In this document: positions 28,690-42,167 of the stretch, piece by piece
How positions within the stretch are numbered: the first letter of the stretch is position 1
Layout of the letters: the number at the start of each line of letters is the position of its first letter
Source of the DNA: Eledone cirrhosa
Taxonomy: Eukaryota
Assembly: GCA_964016885.1 (NCBI GenBank)
Contig: OZ024740.1
Span: 379,750,001 to 379,814,000, forward strand
Direction of reading: 5' to 3'
DNA length: 64,000 nt
Made by a program: the position numbers and the translations under genes
Notes under the pieces: model-generated
What the model saw: only the letters and a program-made list of their open reading frames with translations
The model's database searches: none
What the model was told of the DNA's origin: nothing

Positions 28690-29335
28690 AATAATTAATA
28701 CAAAGCCAGCAATTTGGGGGAAGGTGAAAGTCAATTATATTGACAACGTATTTCACTGATACTTTGCTTTATCGATCCTGTAAGGAAGAAAAAAAGCAAA
28801 GTTGAGCTCGGCGGAATTTGTACTCAGAACTGAGTTATAACTAAATACCTCAATACATGTGGTTCGACGCTCTACTGATGCTGCCGATCTAGCACTCATT
28901 GATTTCTGATTTAGACACAACACCAACAAGTTAACTTCGGTGGGATTTGAACTCAGAATTTGAACTCAGATTTGAACCATATACAGCAACATTTTTATCC
29001 AACGCTCTATCCATTCTGCCAATTCCCGTTCCTTGATGATGATAATAATTGTTTCTACTTTAGGCACAAGGCCAGCAATTTGGGGGAGGCGAAATTCTAT
29101 TAAATCAATGTATTACTGGTGTTTTATTTTATCGACCCCGTAAGGATGAAAGGCAAAGCTAACCTCGGCGGGATTTGAACTCAAAGCGTAAAGGGACGGA
29201 ACTCTCTACCAAAAAGCATGTTATGCGATGCTCTACCTATACTGCCAATCCACTTCCTTTATACTTGATGATAGTAATAATGATAATGGTTTCTGATTTT
29301 GGCACAAGGCCAGCAATTTTAGGGGAGAGGAATGT
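28690..29335 (-). mobile_element. Cluster of Deu/Nin-like SINE copies
   Basis: Three to four partial minus-strand copies of the same core. Confidence 0.75.
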
Positions 29336-30585
29336 GATTGGTATGTTACTGTTACTTTTCAATTAGCCTCACTTTTGGTCTGACTCACCAAGATCTGAAC
29401 TCATGACCACAGAATACACAACTGAAAGGGCGATACGCTTATGAGAAACAAGTCTGTTAGAAGAACTATTAATGAAACAAGTCGATCGTTTGAATAAAAC
29501 AACGAAAATTAAAAATACAATGTATGAAAATTCTATTTTATGAGAGAATTGTTTATTTTCGCTTCTCTTTTTTGTTTTCGTTTGTTGTACGCTTTTGTTT
29601 TATCTTCTCATGGTCATCGAGTTCTAAAAATACCATCAGTGGTATTACAACAGTTACAAAAACAAGAAAGGAAAATAAATAAATGAATAAATAAGAAAAG
29701 ATTTTCCACACTGCCATCATCACCTTCGCCATTGCAGCAGCAAAAAATTGTTGCCATAGCAACAGGCATACGTCAGCTTCAGATATTCAAATTCATGAAG
29801 AAGATGTTTGCCGATTTTCTCTTCCGTTCTCTAGCTAATCAATTCAATTCAATTTTTAAAATTCTTTTTACTACTCATTATCAGAACGTCTTCCTCTTCT
29901 AATTTCTCATCCCTATTCTCCTTCCCCTCTTCAGTATTCGTCTTCGATGTTGCCTTTCCCCTTTCTATCCCCCTTTCCTTCTTTGCAACATCCTATTTCC
30001 GCTATTCTTGACTATATCTTCCACATCTTTTTACTTTTAAATATGTGTAGTTCTATTTTCTTCTCCGCCTTTTACAAGATTCCTTCACAATTCAACGACT
30101 TTTGGCAGATCAGAAAATGAAAACAACACACTCACAAATAACAAAATAGAAAATGAAAAGAAAGGAAAGCCATTAATTTTGCACAACTTTTAACCTTTTT
30201 AATTCTTATTCTATATTTTGGGCCAAAAAATGCATTATTATTTTATGGGGATAACAACTCTTCATTCACTAGAAATAGAATGTTTCTAATATATAAGGAA
30301 ATATCTGAGTGCTGTAGATAGAGCAAGAGATAAGCTCCCGATAAGATAGACCTGCGAAACCTGTTTCAATTCTCGGCTAGAGGTATCATGCTTTATTTAT
30401 ATGATCAATGTGTTTGGTAATGCTATCAACAAAGCAATACCCCTCGTTCATCAGATTATTCAAGCAGTGAAGTAACATCCAAATACATATATATATACAA
30501 TAAGGTTATGTCTGTATTAGACTGCACCAATGAAATCCGGAGAGTGTATAAGCCCATCAAATACGTGTTTCCTTGTGATTGTTTA

Positions 30586-30650
30586 GATGATATACATGCC
30601 TTCTGATGGGGACCAAACAATCCGAAAATCGATTAAAGATCTTTATCATT
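30586..30650 (+). ncRNA. Degenerate type I HHR
   Basis: ctt-CTGATGG(30603)-gga/tcc-GAAA-A-tcga-TTA-aag; A9 is changed to G; a tail follows to (TA)n at 30803. Confidence 0.5.
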
Positions 30651-30799
30651 TCTTCAATTTACATAGCAATTCATATTTTCTGGTATATTTACATCTCTGC
30701 ATATTAGAAATGTGTATATTGTTATACACAGTGCAGTCTCGGTTACCCATTCAGTAAATATGCAGATATAACTTTATGACACACTTCGGCTGCTTAGCG

Positions 30800-30859
<60 letters not shown>

Positions 30860-31142
30860 AGAATAGGGTTGGCTGTGTAGTTGCTAGTTAAGGTAGGCTT
30901 AAAATTGGAATGAGAATAAGAAGAAAGCAAGAACGGGTGAGGGGGGAGTTTTACTCATCAGTCGTCTACTGGGGGTCTCGGATATTACAACGCTTTAAAG
31001 ACAATATATCTAGCCCCAGAGTGTTCAATAACTGGGTAAGTTATTGGGAAAACGGAGGAGGGAGGGAAGGAAAATAGAAGGGAAAAGGGAAAAAAAGGGA
31101 AGAAAAGAGAAAACAGAGAAAAAAACCAACAATATATATATA

Positions 31143-31705
31143 CTGCCAGCCACACCAATGTCGCTGCGGTTCCACCGTGGACTCTTTCGGCCTCCACCCG
31201 CTTTCTTGTCGCCACAGTGCCAGCCGCATTCCACGCCATGCTGCCCTTAACGAAGTCATTAAGCATGGCTTGGACGCTGCAGGCTTCCCTTCCCAGCTCG
31301 AGCTGGTGGGGCTGGATCGAGGGGACGACAAAAGGCCAGATGGCATGACCATCTTCTCGTTCCGCGGTGGAAAAGCCCTCGTCTGGGATGCCACTTGCAC
31401 CGACACTTTCTGCAGCCGCAACCTGGTGCAGTCTGCGGCTGAACCAGGTTCTGCTGCACGTCGGGCTGAGGGGGCCAAACTCCTCAAATACCGGTCGCTC
31501 TCCGACAGGTTTGTGGTCGGACCCCTGGCAGTGGAGACTTCTGGTGTCCTCAGCCCCAGGGCTACCTCCTTACTCACCACCATAGGCGCTGAGCTGGCCA
31601 GCCGCTGGCGTGAGCCCCGCGATTGGAGTGGTTTTTCCAGCGCGTCTCCCTTGCCGTCCTCCGGGGAAACGCCTTCTCCATTCTGTCCACCGGGGCTGTG
31701 GGTGG
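31143..31705 (+). pseudogene. CRE-like non-LTR retrotransposon fragment (restriction-like endonuclease)
   Basis: H.LSC...RH..LN..I...L...G....E..GLDRGDDKRPDG.T.......LVWDATC.DT...K..KY...PLAVET.G motif series; related fragments at ~50140-50210 and ~59803-59960. Confidence 0.85.
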
Positions 31706-31815
31706 GCTCCATCGCGTACCGTTTTAGTTGTTGTAGAAGAAACAGGAAGGCAACAAAAGATAGACATCCAGCAATTGACTAAACTAAAGCCGCTGGACAT
31801 TCATACAATTGCATC

Positions 31816-31864
<49 letters not shown>

Positions 31865-32087
31865 GTGTAAACACACACATATATCTATATATCTCTCTCT
31901 ATATATATACATATATATATACATATTTATATATATATCCATGTAATATTGACAGACGAGAGAATAAGTACTCGATACTGAATTATTTATTGTGGCGAAG
32001 TGATGAGGCTTGTTACTTTGGAATTTATGATCCTGTGAGAACACAGGTGAAACTCTAGATTTACAAGACATATCACGTAGCTGTATG

Positions 32088-32160
<73 letters not shown>

Positions 32161-32307
32161 AGGGAGTGTAACTTGGAGTTAATGTAGGTTCACCCGGGTG
32201 AGCACTCGATGTTTAGGTTCACTTCAGTGTCGAGGTGTAGAGCTAGACAGAGTGTATTATAGTGAAAAGATAAAGAGGACGATTGGTTACTCCTTCATTA
32301 CATTTAT

Positions 32308-32400
32308 TGGTTGGTGACGCGCGTTTCGCCACTGATCAGCTCAAGGTTCGACCTGTATCGATCTTACCCGACTCTGTAATCTGCGGCTCGTCGGACTCCT
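32308..32400 (-). ncRNA. HHR-like motif with CCGACGA core and expanded stem II
   Basis: Minus strand reads CCGACGA-gccgc...gtggc-GAAAC-gcgc-GTC; stem I is weak. Confidence 0.5.
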
Positions 32401-32518
32401 TGTAATGCTAGTAGAAAATGAATACATGCTGTATGATAAAGTCAGAAGTTCATATGTTGGTCAATAAAGTTTGTTTTGATTGGTGGGTTAGTTCATAGGG
32501 ATGTTTTTGTCTGTAGTG

Positions 32519-32720
32519 TAAATGGAGCCCGCAGGGAAGCAGACGGAGAGGGCGACCCAAAATGAACTGGCGCCAGACAGTTGAGAGGGACCTGCGAGCG
32601 ACAAACAGACAATGGCGGGACGCTGTGCAACTGGCTGCTGACCGAACGCGATGGAACACTATGATTGCCTCATGCGTCGCAAGACGCGGAAGCTTCTGAG
32701 TCTGAGTCTGAGTCTGAGTA
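32519..32720 (+). mobile_element. RTE-clade LINE 3' end inserted in the PLE 3' region
   Basis: WSPQGSRRRGRPKMNWRQTVERDL..W...AADRTRW, followed by a (CTGAGT)n tail. Confidence 0.8.
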
Positions 32721-34693
32721 TGTGGGGGTGGGTGTGGTGATAAGATAGTGGTGACGGTCGCAGGCTGAAGTGGGCAGTGGTGTAGGGGTGCCGGGTGTCG
32801 GTAGACAGATTGGCATGTAGTTGAGGCTGATTTTTGTGTGTGATGTGGGTGTGGTGTTGTTTGTGGTAATGGTGTTTATGGTGGTGTGATGAATGTGTTG
32901 GTGGTGTCAAATTCAATAAGGAGATACATACAAAGACACACTTAGTCTGACAAATATGTTGTATACATACACGTGTGTGTATATATATAGAGAGAGAGCG
33001 AGTGGAGATGGCGTTGTACAAATAAATATACTTACACACATGCGTTGTTTAGGGAGGGATGATATGTGTTGGTGATGTTAATGATTGTTGAAGTATGGAG
33101 ATGTGCCTGGTGGTAACGGTGGTGGTGTGTGCGACAAAATATTTACAGGATCGAATTTTACGATGGCTTACAGGTTAAAACATGACATAGGGAACACGGG
33201 GAAAACAAGGTTGTGAATGACGGATGGTGGACGTATAGCGATATGTATGGAGGTGGTAGTGGTGGCGATAGGGTGATATGTTCGACATTATATTTACAGG
33301 ATCGGATGTTACGATGGTTTACAAAGAAAAACCTGACAGAGAGGGCAGATAGATCACAATGGTACTGCGATGAGGGATGTATGGCGATGTGTCTGTTGGT
33401 GGGTGATGGATGCGACATGATATTTACAAAATCTGAACTTACTAAGGGTTACATGTTATATAAGACAAATGCACTGAGATGAGGGACGGTGTGGCAAGGT
33501 AAAGGTGGTTATCACTATGTTGAGTCAGGGTTAGTGTGTGGCCCTCAGCCGAATGTTTGTGCAGAGAAGGTGTTCAACCTGGTGTGTCTACAATTTATAA
33601 TTATGTCAGACCTAGAGTTTATGGCAGATTTCAATTTAATGATCTCACCCACCTCGTCTAGGCATAACTTGCAATGGTTTCTGTCGCTGGGGAGTTGGGC
33701 CACGCGTCTTTTAACTGACCATATAATCTGGAATTCGATGTTCTTGTCTTTGAGGTCCCAGATCAAATCGGCCAGTCTAGTTTGGGATCGTTTGACCTTT
33801 GTTTAAAGGAGCTTTTGTGGTTATACCAGCGCTCCTTAAACGTAGTCGGGGGTTGAACCTATATAGGAGTAGTCTTTTCTGCCAGCTGTGACATCGCACC
33901 GGTAAATAAGGTTTATAACGAGGCACTCCCCGTTTAGTGGGCATTCTACCCGCTTTTTGCAGTTGCAGTTGGGGGTTACAGGTTTGATGGCACGATGTCG
34001 GTTGTTCGTATTCTGTGTGGAGCTGGCATATGGGTTGTTGTGTTGTGTGCTGTGGTTTCGTTCTGGGTTGTGCTAGTGGTTTGTTGTGGAGCTACTATGT
34101 GTTTGTGTATTTTTGTCCTATTAGTGTGTGCTATCGTGTCGCCTAGATTTGGTGCTGTGGAGAAAGAGAATTTGACAGTGTGTCTATTGAAGAGCTTATG
34201 GTATTTATGTGTGTGTGGGAAGGATTGTTCCAGAGCTCTGAAGAAGGTTCCCGGTATATTGGTGGCAACGTGTATAGAGTACGGGGCGTTGTACTATGTC
34301 ACGGGTCTACTTCGGGCTTTACGGTGTTTAGTGTGGTTGTTGTGGTTTGGTGGTTGTGTGGGTGCGTTTTAGTCAGGTGTATTTGTCATAGGGGTTCCTA
34401 CTATTCTATTGGCGTTATGTCCCGGGTCTATATTACTACGTATACGCGTGCGATGTTCAGAGACCTTATTGGGGTTGGAGAGTATAGCTTTATCTCGTTG
34501 GCAGTTGTGTGTAACGCTGCCTGTCCTGCCGGCTAAAGAGGGTCTTAGGTTAGTATTTGTTCTAGGTGTGGTGTCTTAGTCTATGTTCGTTTCTAAGGGT
34601 CTGATTAGGTTTAGCGGCGTTGCGGTTCTAGTTGGGTCATTGTAAGATATCTTCTCAATGTAACCAGCCTTTTCAAGTGCGGAGTTATAGTAT

Positions 34694-34756
<63 letters not shown>

Positions 34757-34928
34757 AATATACGGGGTAACAAATAATAGTTATATGCAGTCCACTTAGG
34801 TGTAGTCCAGTTATGGTACTCCTGGTAGTGGATGATATCAACGCTTGGCTAAGTTTGACTCAACAAGGCGTTTCCATAGTGATGCTGCGAGTACGCTGTA
34901 ATTCCTATGTTGTAAATACTTGGAGTAA

Positions 34929-36483
34929 TAATAAATCAGGGAAGAAGAGTGACACGGTTTGCTATACAAAAAAGGTTTTTAATCTCATTGCTGACAATTG
35001 TTTCTTTGAACTGGTAGGTCTAGAGATCGCTATCCGCTTATTTTCGCGTTACTCGATCGCCAATACAAAATTATAACCAGTCAGTTCATCGGAGCTTGCG
35101 AGAATAAAGAGAATATACAGGCATGAAAAGAATATACAGGCTACTATATGTAGTAGTAATGGCATTCAGTTAGAACAATAACAACAATATCAACAATGCT
35201 TTTTAAAAAAAGATGGTATGTGCACAGGCACTCGATGAAAAATCGTGCACTTATGGGTTCTACAACCCTCGCCAAAAATAATATGGGAACTGAAGGACAA
35301 CAACACTAGCTACAGTATCCACTGGTCGAGGTTGTCGGCTGCTAAAACCTACAGTACAGGTATGTCCCACTGTGGGCTATGTAATCTAGAACTACTGTAT
35401 ATCCTTAAAAATGTAAAAAGGCTACTTAACAACAAGTTAGAAAGATCTATCTTCTTCAGACACAAAATTGCCACTAAATTCATAAGATTTAAACCTCCAT
35501 GAATCGAACCGACGTAACATAGCTTTCAACTAGGATACCCACTACTCTGCACGAATCACCACAGAAATATAATCATTAAGTACATTCTAGCCTTCTTAGT
35601 TCTGTACCACACTAATGTCTGTAAGTACCTCATCAACCCATAAACTTCTCAGCTGCTGTCATCACTTGATCCTAAATCCAAGAACATTTCAAAGTACTAC
35701 TACAACGGAACTTTACCTTCCTCTTGCTATAATTATAGTCAGCATGTTTTCTCTTTGTATGTATGTATTTGTATGAGTGTGTGTGTGTATGTATGTATAT
35801 GTTTGTGTGCATGTGCATGTGTATATATATGTGTATATATATATATATTACCTCCATAACCTCTGTATTAACTTGCCCATTATTTAGCTTTGTTAGTGTT
35901 GTCTTATACATGTATGTTATTGAGGATGGAAAAGATAGACAGAACTCTCATCTAATATAGACCACACACATTCTAATACAGTGATAAATACTTCATCGGT
36001 CAGATAAAAACCGACTATTACGGCCACCTGACCTTCATTGTTTAAAAACACCAGCTTATCTTTACACTTGATATAATACACCCTACGACAGTCTTTACGT
36101 GTCAATTTTATACATCTGCCTCATATCAGCTAGTTTTACACGCTAAAATCATAGATATACTATACTTCCCACCTAGATTGATGTTGTGATTATTTCAAAT
36201 AATTTATTGCTAGCATTGTTGATATTGTTGTTATTGTTCTAACTGAATGCCATTACTACTACATATAGTAGCCTGTATATACTCTTCATGCCTGTATATA
36301 CTCTTCATTCTCGCAAGCTCCGATCAACTGACTGGTTATAACTTTGTATTGGCGATTGAGTAACGCGAAAATAAGCGGATAGCGATCTCTAGACCTACCA
36401 GTTCAGAGAAACAATTGTCAGGAATGAGATTAAAAACCTTTTTTGTAGAGCAAACCGTGTCACTCTTCTTTCCTGATTTATTA
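34929..36483 (+). mobile_element. Truncated Naiad-like PLE with inverted 5' pLTR
   Basis: 34929-35200 is the reverse complement of 36212-36483; internal GIY-YIG C-terminal fragment 35245-35502 (IWELKD..IHW...CGLCNLE..LNNK..RHK). Confidence 0.8.
36310..36430 (+). ncRNA. HHR-like motif with ~80-nt stem II insertion
   Basis: gct-CCGAT(C/G)A-long insert-GAAAC-aatt-GTC-ag(g/c); the minus copy at ~34983-35100 keeps CCGATGA and stem I gct/agc. Confidence 0.55.
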
Positions 36484-36523
36484 TATATATAAATATATAT
36501 ATATATATACATATTTATATGTA

Positions 36524-36641
<118 letters not shown>

Positions 36642-36667
36642 TACATATAAATATGTATATATATATA

Positions 36668-36818
36668 CATTATTTCTGAAAACGGCATATATGTGTGTTT
36701 GGTATGTATATTTAATCTTGATAGTTTGTATAATTTTGTATAATTTTGTACATAGATCTGTTGAATATGCATGCCAATTCTAACACATATATATCCTAGA
36801 AACGATCGTTAAATAATG
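36668..36818 (+). ncRNA. HHR-like motif with ~115-nt stem II
   Basis: Perfect 8-bp stem I cattattt/aaataatg; CTGAAAA 36676-36682; long self-complementary insert; GAAAC-gatc-GTT 36799-36810. Confidence 0.6.
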
Positions 36819-37014
36819 AACTTTTTTTGTTTAATATAAGGAACTGTTTCATTGTTTTATTCATTATTTTTTAAATATTTTATCTTGACTCTGTATTCCG
36901 TTTATCTTTCACCGAAAGTGATTTTTCATTGCATCTCTTCTTTCCATGATATCCGGACTACATTGAGTTCTTCATACGGATTGGACACTACCGTAAACTC
37001 TTGGTAGATTTATC

Positions 37015-37713
<699 letters not shown>

Positions 37714-37716
<3 letters not shown>

Positions 37717-37935
37717 GATTGGTGCTCTGAAATAGCTATATATATATATATGAATGTATATAGAGTGTATTTTGCAATACACTGTATGCTTAATTAAAAG
37801 CATTTCGAAGACCTTATGATATTGTTTTAGAGTAGTGACAGACTCACTTACTTTAATTTCAGCAAACAGTTTGGTGAAATTAAAGTAAGTGAGTCTGTCA
37901 CTACTCTAAAACAATAGCATAAGGTCTTCGAAATA
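37714..37935. repeat. Inverted pLTR segment at the 5' end of the Neptune PLE
   Basis: Palindrome ~37802-37934; homologous to 56460-57165 and to the 310-bp array unit. Confidence 0.8.
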
Positions 37936-38239
37936 CCAAATCACTCAACTACTACGCGGATGCCTCATCGTCAAACATAGGGAAAATATACCACCACCAT
38001 GATAGATGTAACAACTTCCCCGCTTCAAGGGGACAGCAAGGTAATTACCATTTTCTCAACTCTCGCTTCCACAATACACAACAAACCCACACCACACGAT
38101 ACAACCAACAACGTAGGCCACTTATAACACCACAATACAACATGGCACATAGAAACACACACCCATACTCGCAGTACAGGAACACCCCATTCAATCTACA
38201 ACCACCAACCCGAACCACATTTTACAACAAGGAATATAA

Positions 38240-40585
38240 CAAACACAGGAGACCACTTAACATCAGCAGAAAACCCCTCTACCCCAACCATTTTTTAGAC
38301 ACAGCACACAGATACAGGCAAACAAAATAACACAAGACAGGGAGGAGAAACCGATAGTAATAAAAATTATCAATCTTACTAGTGCAGAACCAACACCCAA
38401 CCTTATCAACTTACTCTCCAAAGGTCTTAAATTCACACCGACCCCACTACGTCCTAACTACTATGAAATGAAGGAAGACATCACAGACTTCTGTAGAAAG
38501 TTACGACTTAGTGAACAACTATTCGACCAGTACAATGAGGATGAATCATTAGCCAGAAATAGAAGCAATTACACCCCTTCAAAAGGTAGAAATAAAATCC
38601 TGGACGAATTCTGTGAACACATCACAAACTTCCCTTACCAACACTTGCACAGACAAAAACACAAGCCAAACCCCAACAAGAAAGAATGGGAAGAATTAAA
38701 TAGATTAAAAACCGACAGAACCATTACAATTAAAGAGGCTGATAAAGGGAGTACAGTAGTCCTAATGGAGACAGAATTCTATATCAATTTAGCGCTCTCC
38801 ACTTTGGAAAACGAAACATACTACGAAAAGGCTGAACACTACAATCAACAGAAAATTATGAGAAACCTAAAAACTCTAATCAACCAATACAAAGAAGGAC
38901 TCACTAACAAGGAATTCAGCTTCATCACAGACTTCACAAGTAAATCCAGCCTCTTCTACGGTATCCCTAAAGTACATAAAAGCGAATCAATAAGTAAGGC
39001 ATGCAAGGAAGCCACAGACATAGTCATCAATGACCCCTCACCCAATGATCTCAAATTAAGACCTATAATAACAGGCCCCGCTTGCGAAACGCACCGTCTT
39101 AGCAACTTCATTGATACCCTTCTCAAACCCTTCCTCAAACACATCAAAAGCTATATAAGGGACGACCTAGATATGCTCAATCACCACCCTAATATGCCAC
39201 TTTCTGAACAAACCCTACTAGTGACGTTCGATGTAGTCAACCTATACTCCAACATCCCCCACAACCTAGGAATAGAAGCTATCCAATTCTGGCTGGATAA
39301 TTTCCACAATGAACTCCCACAACGCAAATTTATCTTGGAGAACAATTACTTCGTTTTCAATAACAAACCCTACAGGCAGAAATCTGGGACCGCTATGGGA
39401 ACGAAAACAGCCCCCACTTATGCCAACCTAGTCATGGGATACCTGGAAATCACCCTCTACACTAAAGTCCTAAACAAATTTGGAAACACCCTCCACTTAC
39501 ACATTGAAAGGAACTGGAAGCGATATCTAGATGACTGCTTCATCCTTTGGCACGAAAACATCGAAAAACTTAAAGAATTTCACACCCTTATAAATGGGCT
39601 CAACACGAATATTAACTTCACGATGGAATACAGCCATCAACAACTCCCCTTCCTCGACATCCTCATTAAGATCCATAACAAAAAAATAGAAACAGACATA
39701 TACTACAAGCCCACAGACTCCAATCAATATCTCCCCTTCAACTCTTGCCACCCTAGACACGTTAAAATTAATATTCCCTACAACTTAGCCAAGAGAATCT
39801 GTACTATAGTCTCCAATAAAAACATCTGCTACTTACGGCTACAAGAACTAAAGGACACACTCATAGGCAGGGACTACCCTGCATCACTAATTGACAATGG
39901 AATCCAACGTGCTCTAAAACTCAGTACCCAGGACCTTAGACACCCTAAAGTAAATCAACTGAAACTAAAAGCTCTTCCATACATCTCCACACACAACCCT
40001 CTCAACAATGAGGCCTTTGACACCATCCTCCAGAACATCCCTGTGTTGAAAAAGGACCATAGAATGAACCAAATTCTACGAACACACGATATCATAAAGA
40101 GCAAAAGACAATCCAAGTCAATGAAAAACATCCTAACACATGCCAAAGTACTGCCAACCACAACAACGAAACCCACAGTAAAAAAATGCGATAGACCCAA
40201 CTGTGGCATTTGCATCAACCTAATAGAGGGTTCGGAATTCTATTTCAAAGATGGACAACGTTTTATAGTAAAACACAATTTCACATGTGCATCGAAAAAT
40301 CTAATATATGTATTAACTTGCTCAGGTTGTCGAGAACAATACATAGGCCAGACCAAAAACAGCCTCCGCCAACGCATGACTGTCCATAGATCCCAAATTA
40401 AAATACGGGAATATAGGAAAATACCACTGAGTGAACACATTGATACCTGTGCCGCCCAAAATCATCCCAACTTCAGAATCTTTCCCCTCTACAAATTTAA
40501 AGATAATGCCACCCACACCCAGCGCATCAGCAAGGAATCTTACTTCATTAACAAATACGGACCCCGTCTAAACACTTCTCCCTAA
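38240..40585 (+). CDS. Penelope-like element polyprotein (RT plus GIY-YIG endonuclease), Neptune type
   Basis: Frame is open from 38240 (IINLT..LLSKGLKFTPTP), first ATG at 38468. Motifs FYGIPKVHK, LRPII, FDVVNLYSNI, GTAMGT..AP, RYLDD, LPFLD, KCDRPNCGIC and LIYVLTCSGCREQYIGQT. Confidence 0.93.
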
Positions 40586-40703
40586 GACGAACCCACAACA
40601 TACACACGTTAACATACATACCTACATCAGCACACATCTCCACCCACATATAAACACAATGACATACGTAAACACACATGCTCTATGGTGCAACACAGAA
40701 AAA

Positions 40704-40772
<69 letters not shown>

Positions 40773-41140
40773 ATAGTGAATATATGTATGTGTATATATA
40801 TATAGTGAATATCATTTCACACCTTTTATTGTTAAGATTTTTGATGTTCTATTAAGAGAACCGATTTTACTGAAAAAATCGAATAATGTACACCATTTTA
40901 CCAGGGGGAAAAAATACTGGTCCCCCCCCACACACATATATACACACACACATACACACGCGTACATTAACATACAAAGAGACTTACACACACACACACA
41001 CACACACACACGCACTTCTCCGTATAAGACAAAAGCTGAAAAATATCTTTTGACATGCTAAAATACCCCCCATTGTTTTCAGACACATTCTTACTGACCA
41101 TCCCTGCTACCACGAATTACTCTGCTATACACACACACAC

Positions 41141-41216
<76 letters not shown>

Positions 41217-41282
41217 ATCTTAATAGCCATTTGACAAACATCCCTGCTAACCATTATCACAACATCGAACACCTTACTACTA

Positions 41283-41324
<42 letters not shown>

Positions 41325-41349
41325 TTGTTATGAAAGAGTCATTTCTCAA

Positions 41350-41596
41350 TCTTGGCGCAAAATCAATTTTTTATTCACATGACCTCTACCGACCAATCAA
41401 AATTGTTTTGACCACAAGAATTTTTGCAAACACCAAATAGCGCTGGAGCCACTTTTTTAACATAAAAACAGTCTTGGCGCAAAATCAATTTTTTACATTC
41501 ACATGACCTCTACCGACCAATCAAAATTGTTTTGACCACAAGAATTTTTGCAACACCAAAGTAACGCTGGAGCCACTTTTTTAACATAAAAACAGG
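41350..41596. repeat. ~122-bp tandem duplication
   Basis: tcttggcgcaaaatcaa...cataaaaacag occurs twice with small indels. Confidence 0.9.
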
Positions 41597-41850
41597 TAGA
41601 ATTCCCAAAACTAATCAGATCAGAGCAAACAACACGGACACTCTATCTCAAAATTATTTTTGAAAAGCATTTAGAAATGCGCAACCGGTAAAAACTTAAA
41701 AACTTAAAACCACAACTGAATACTAACCCATACAATCACTAATACTCTTTTATTCCTAATTAAACCATTTTTCAACTGTGAACAATTTGTCAGCATTTTC
41801 TATTCCGTTTACCAATATATAATAACTTGTGTGTTACACCTCTATTCTTT

Positions 41851-41884
<34 letters not shown>

Positions 41885-41887
<3 letters not shown>

Positions 41888-42085
41888 GTACGTTATTCCG
41901 GGTTGAATCGGAGGTAACCACAGTAAGTAAGGTACTCAATACATTGCAGAGTATAAAAGTTTTAATATAGATGAGATTCTACAGGACTAGAACTGTTTCA
42001 TTCTTTAGAAATCATCAGAAAACGATTCCTGATGATTTCTAAAGAATGAAACAGTTCTAGTCCTGTAGAATCTCATCTATATTAA

Positions 42086-42089
<4 letters not shown>
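41885..42089. ncRNA. Head-to-head HHR pair (family C)
   Basis: Palindrome 41958-42089. Plus HHR reads gattc-CTGATGA(42029)-t ttct aa agaa t-GAAAC(42048)-ag..ct-GTA(42065)-gaatc. (TA)n on both sides. Confidence 0.85.
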
Positions 42090-42164
<75 letters not shown>

Positions 42165-42167
42165 GTA

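Larger units (their letters stand above)
32160..34695 (-). mobile_element. 5'-truncated Penelope-like element, probably Naiad clade
   Basis: Minus-strand YYNSALEKAGY (~34690), CNCKKRVECPLNGECL, LIYRCDV..YIGST, FKERWYNHKSSF, IWDLKD, CKLCLDE and CRH motifs; (TA)n at both ends; HHR-like motif near the 3' end. Clade assignment is from motif recall. Confidence 0.8.

Noticed and set aside
30945-30965. Minus-strand CTGATGA-gt-AAAAC, and the similar CTGACGA-tg-GAAAC at ~54530-54546
   Set aside because: These could be stem II-less minimal cores, but I could not find a matching stem III/NUH or stem I.
32020-32068. tttatga-t cctgtg/cacagg t-GAAAC-tcta-gat
   Set aside because: Stem II is good, but the core and cleavage triplet are too degenerate to call.
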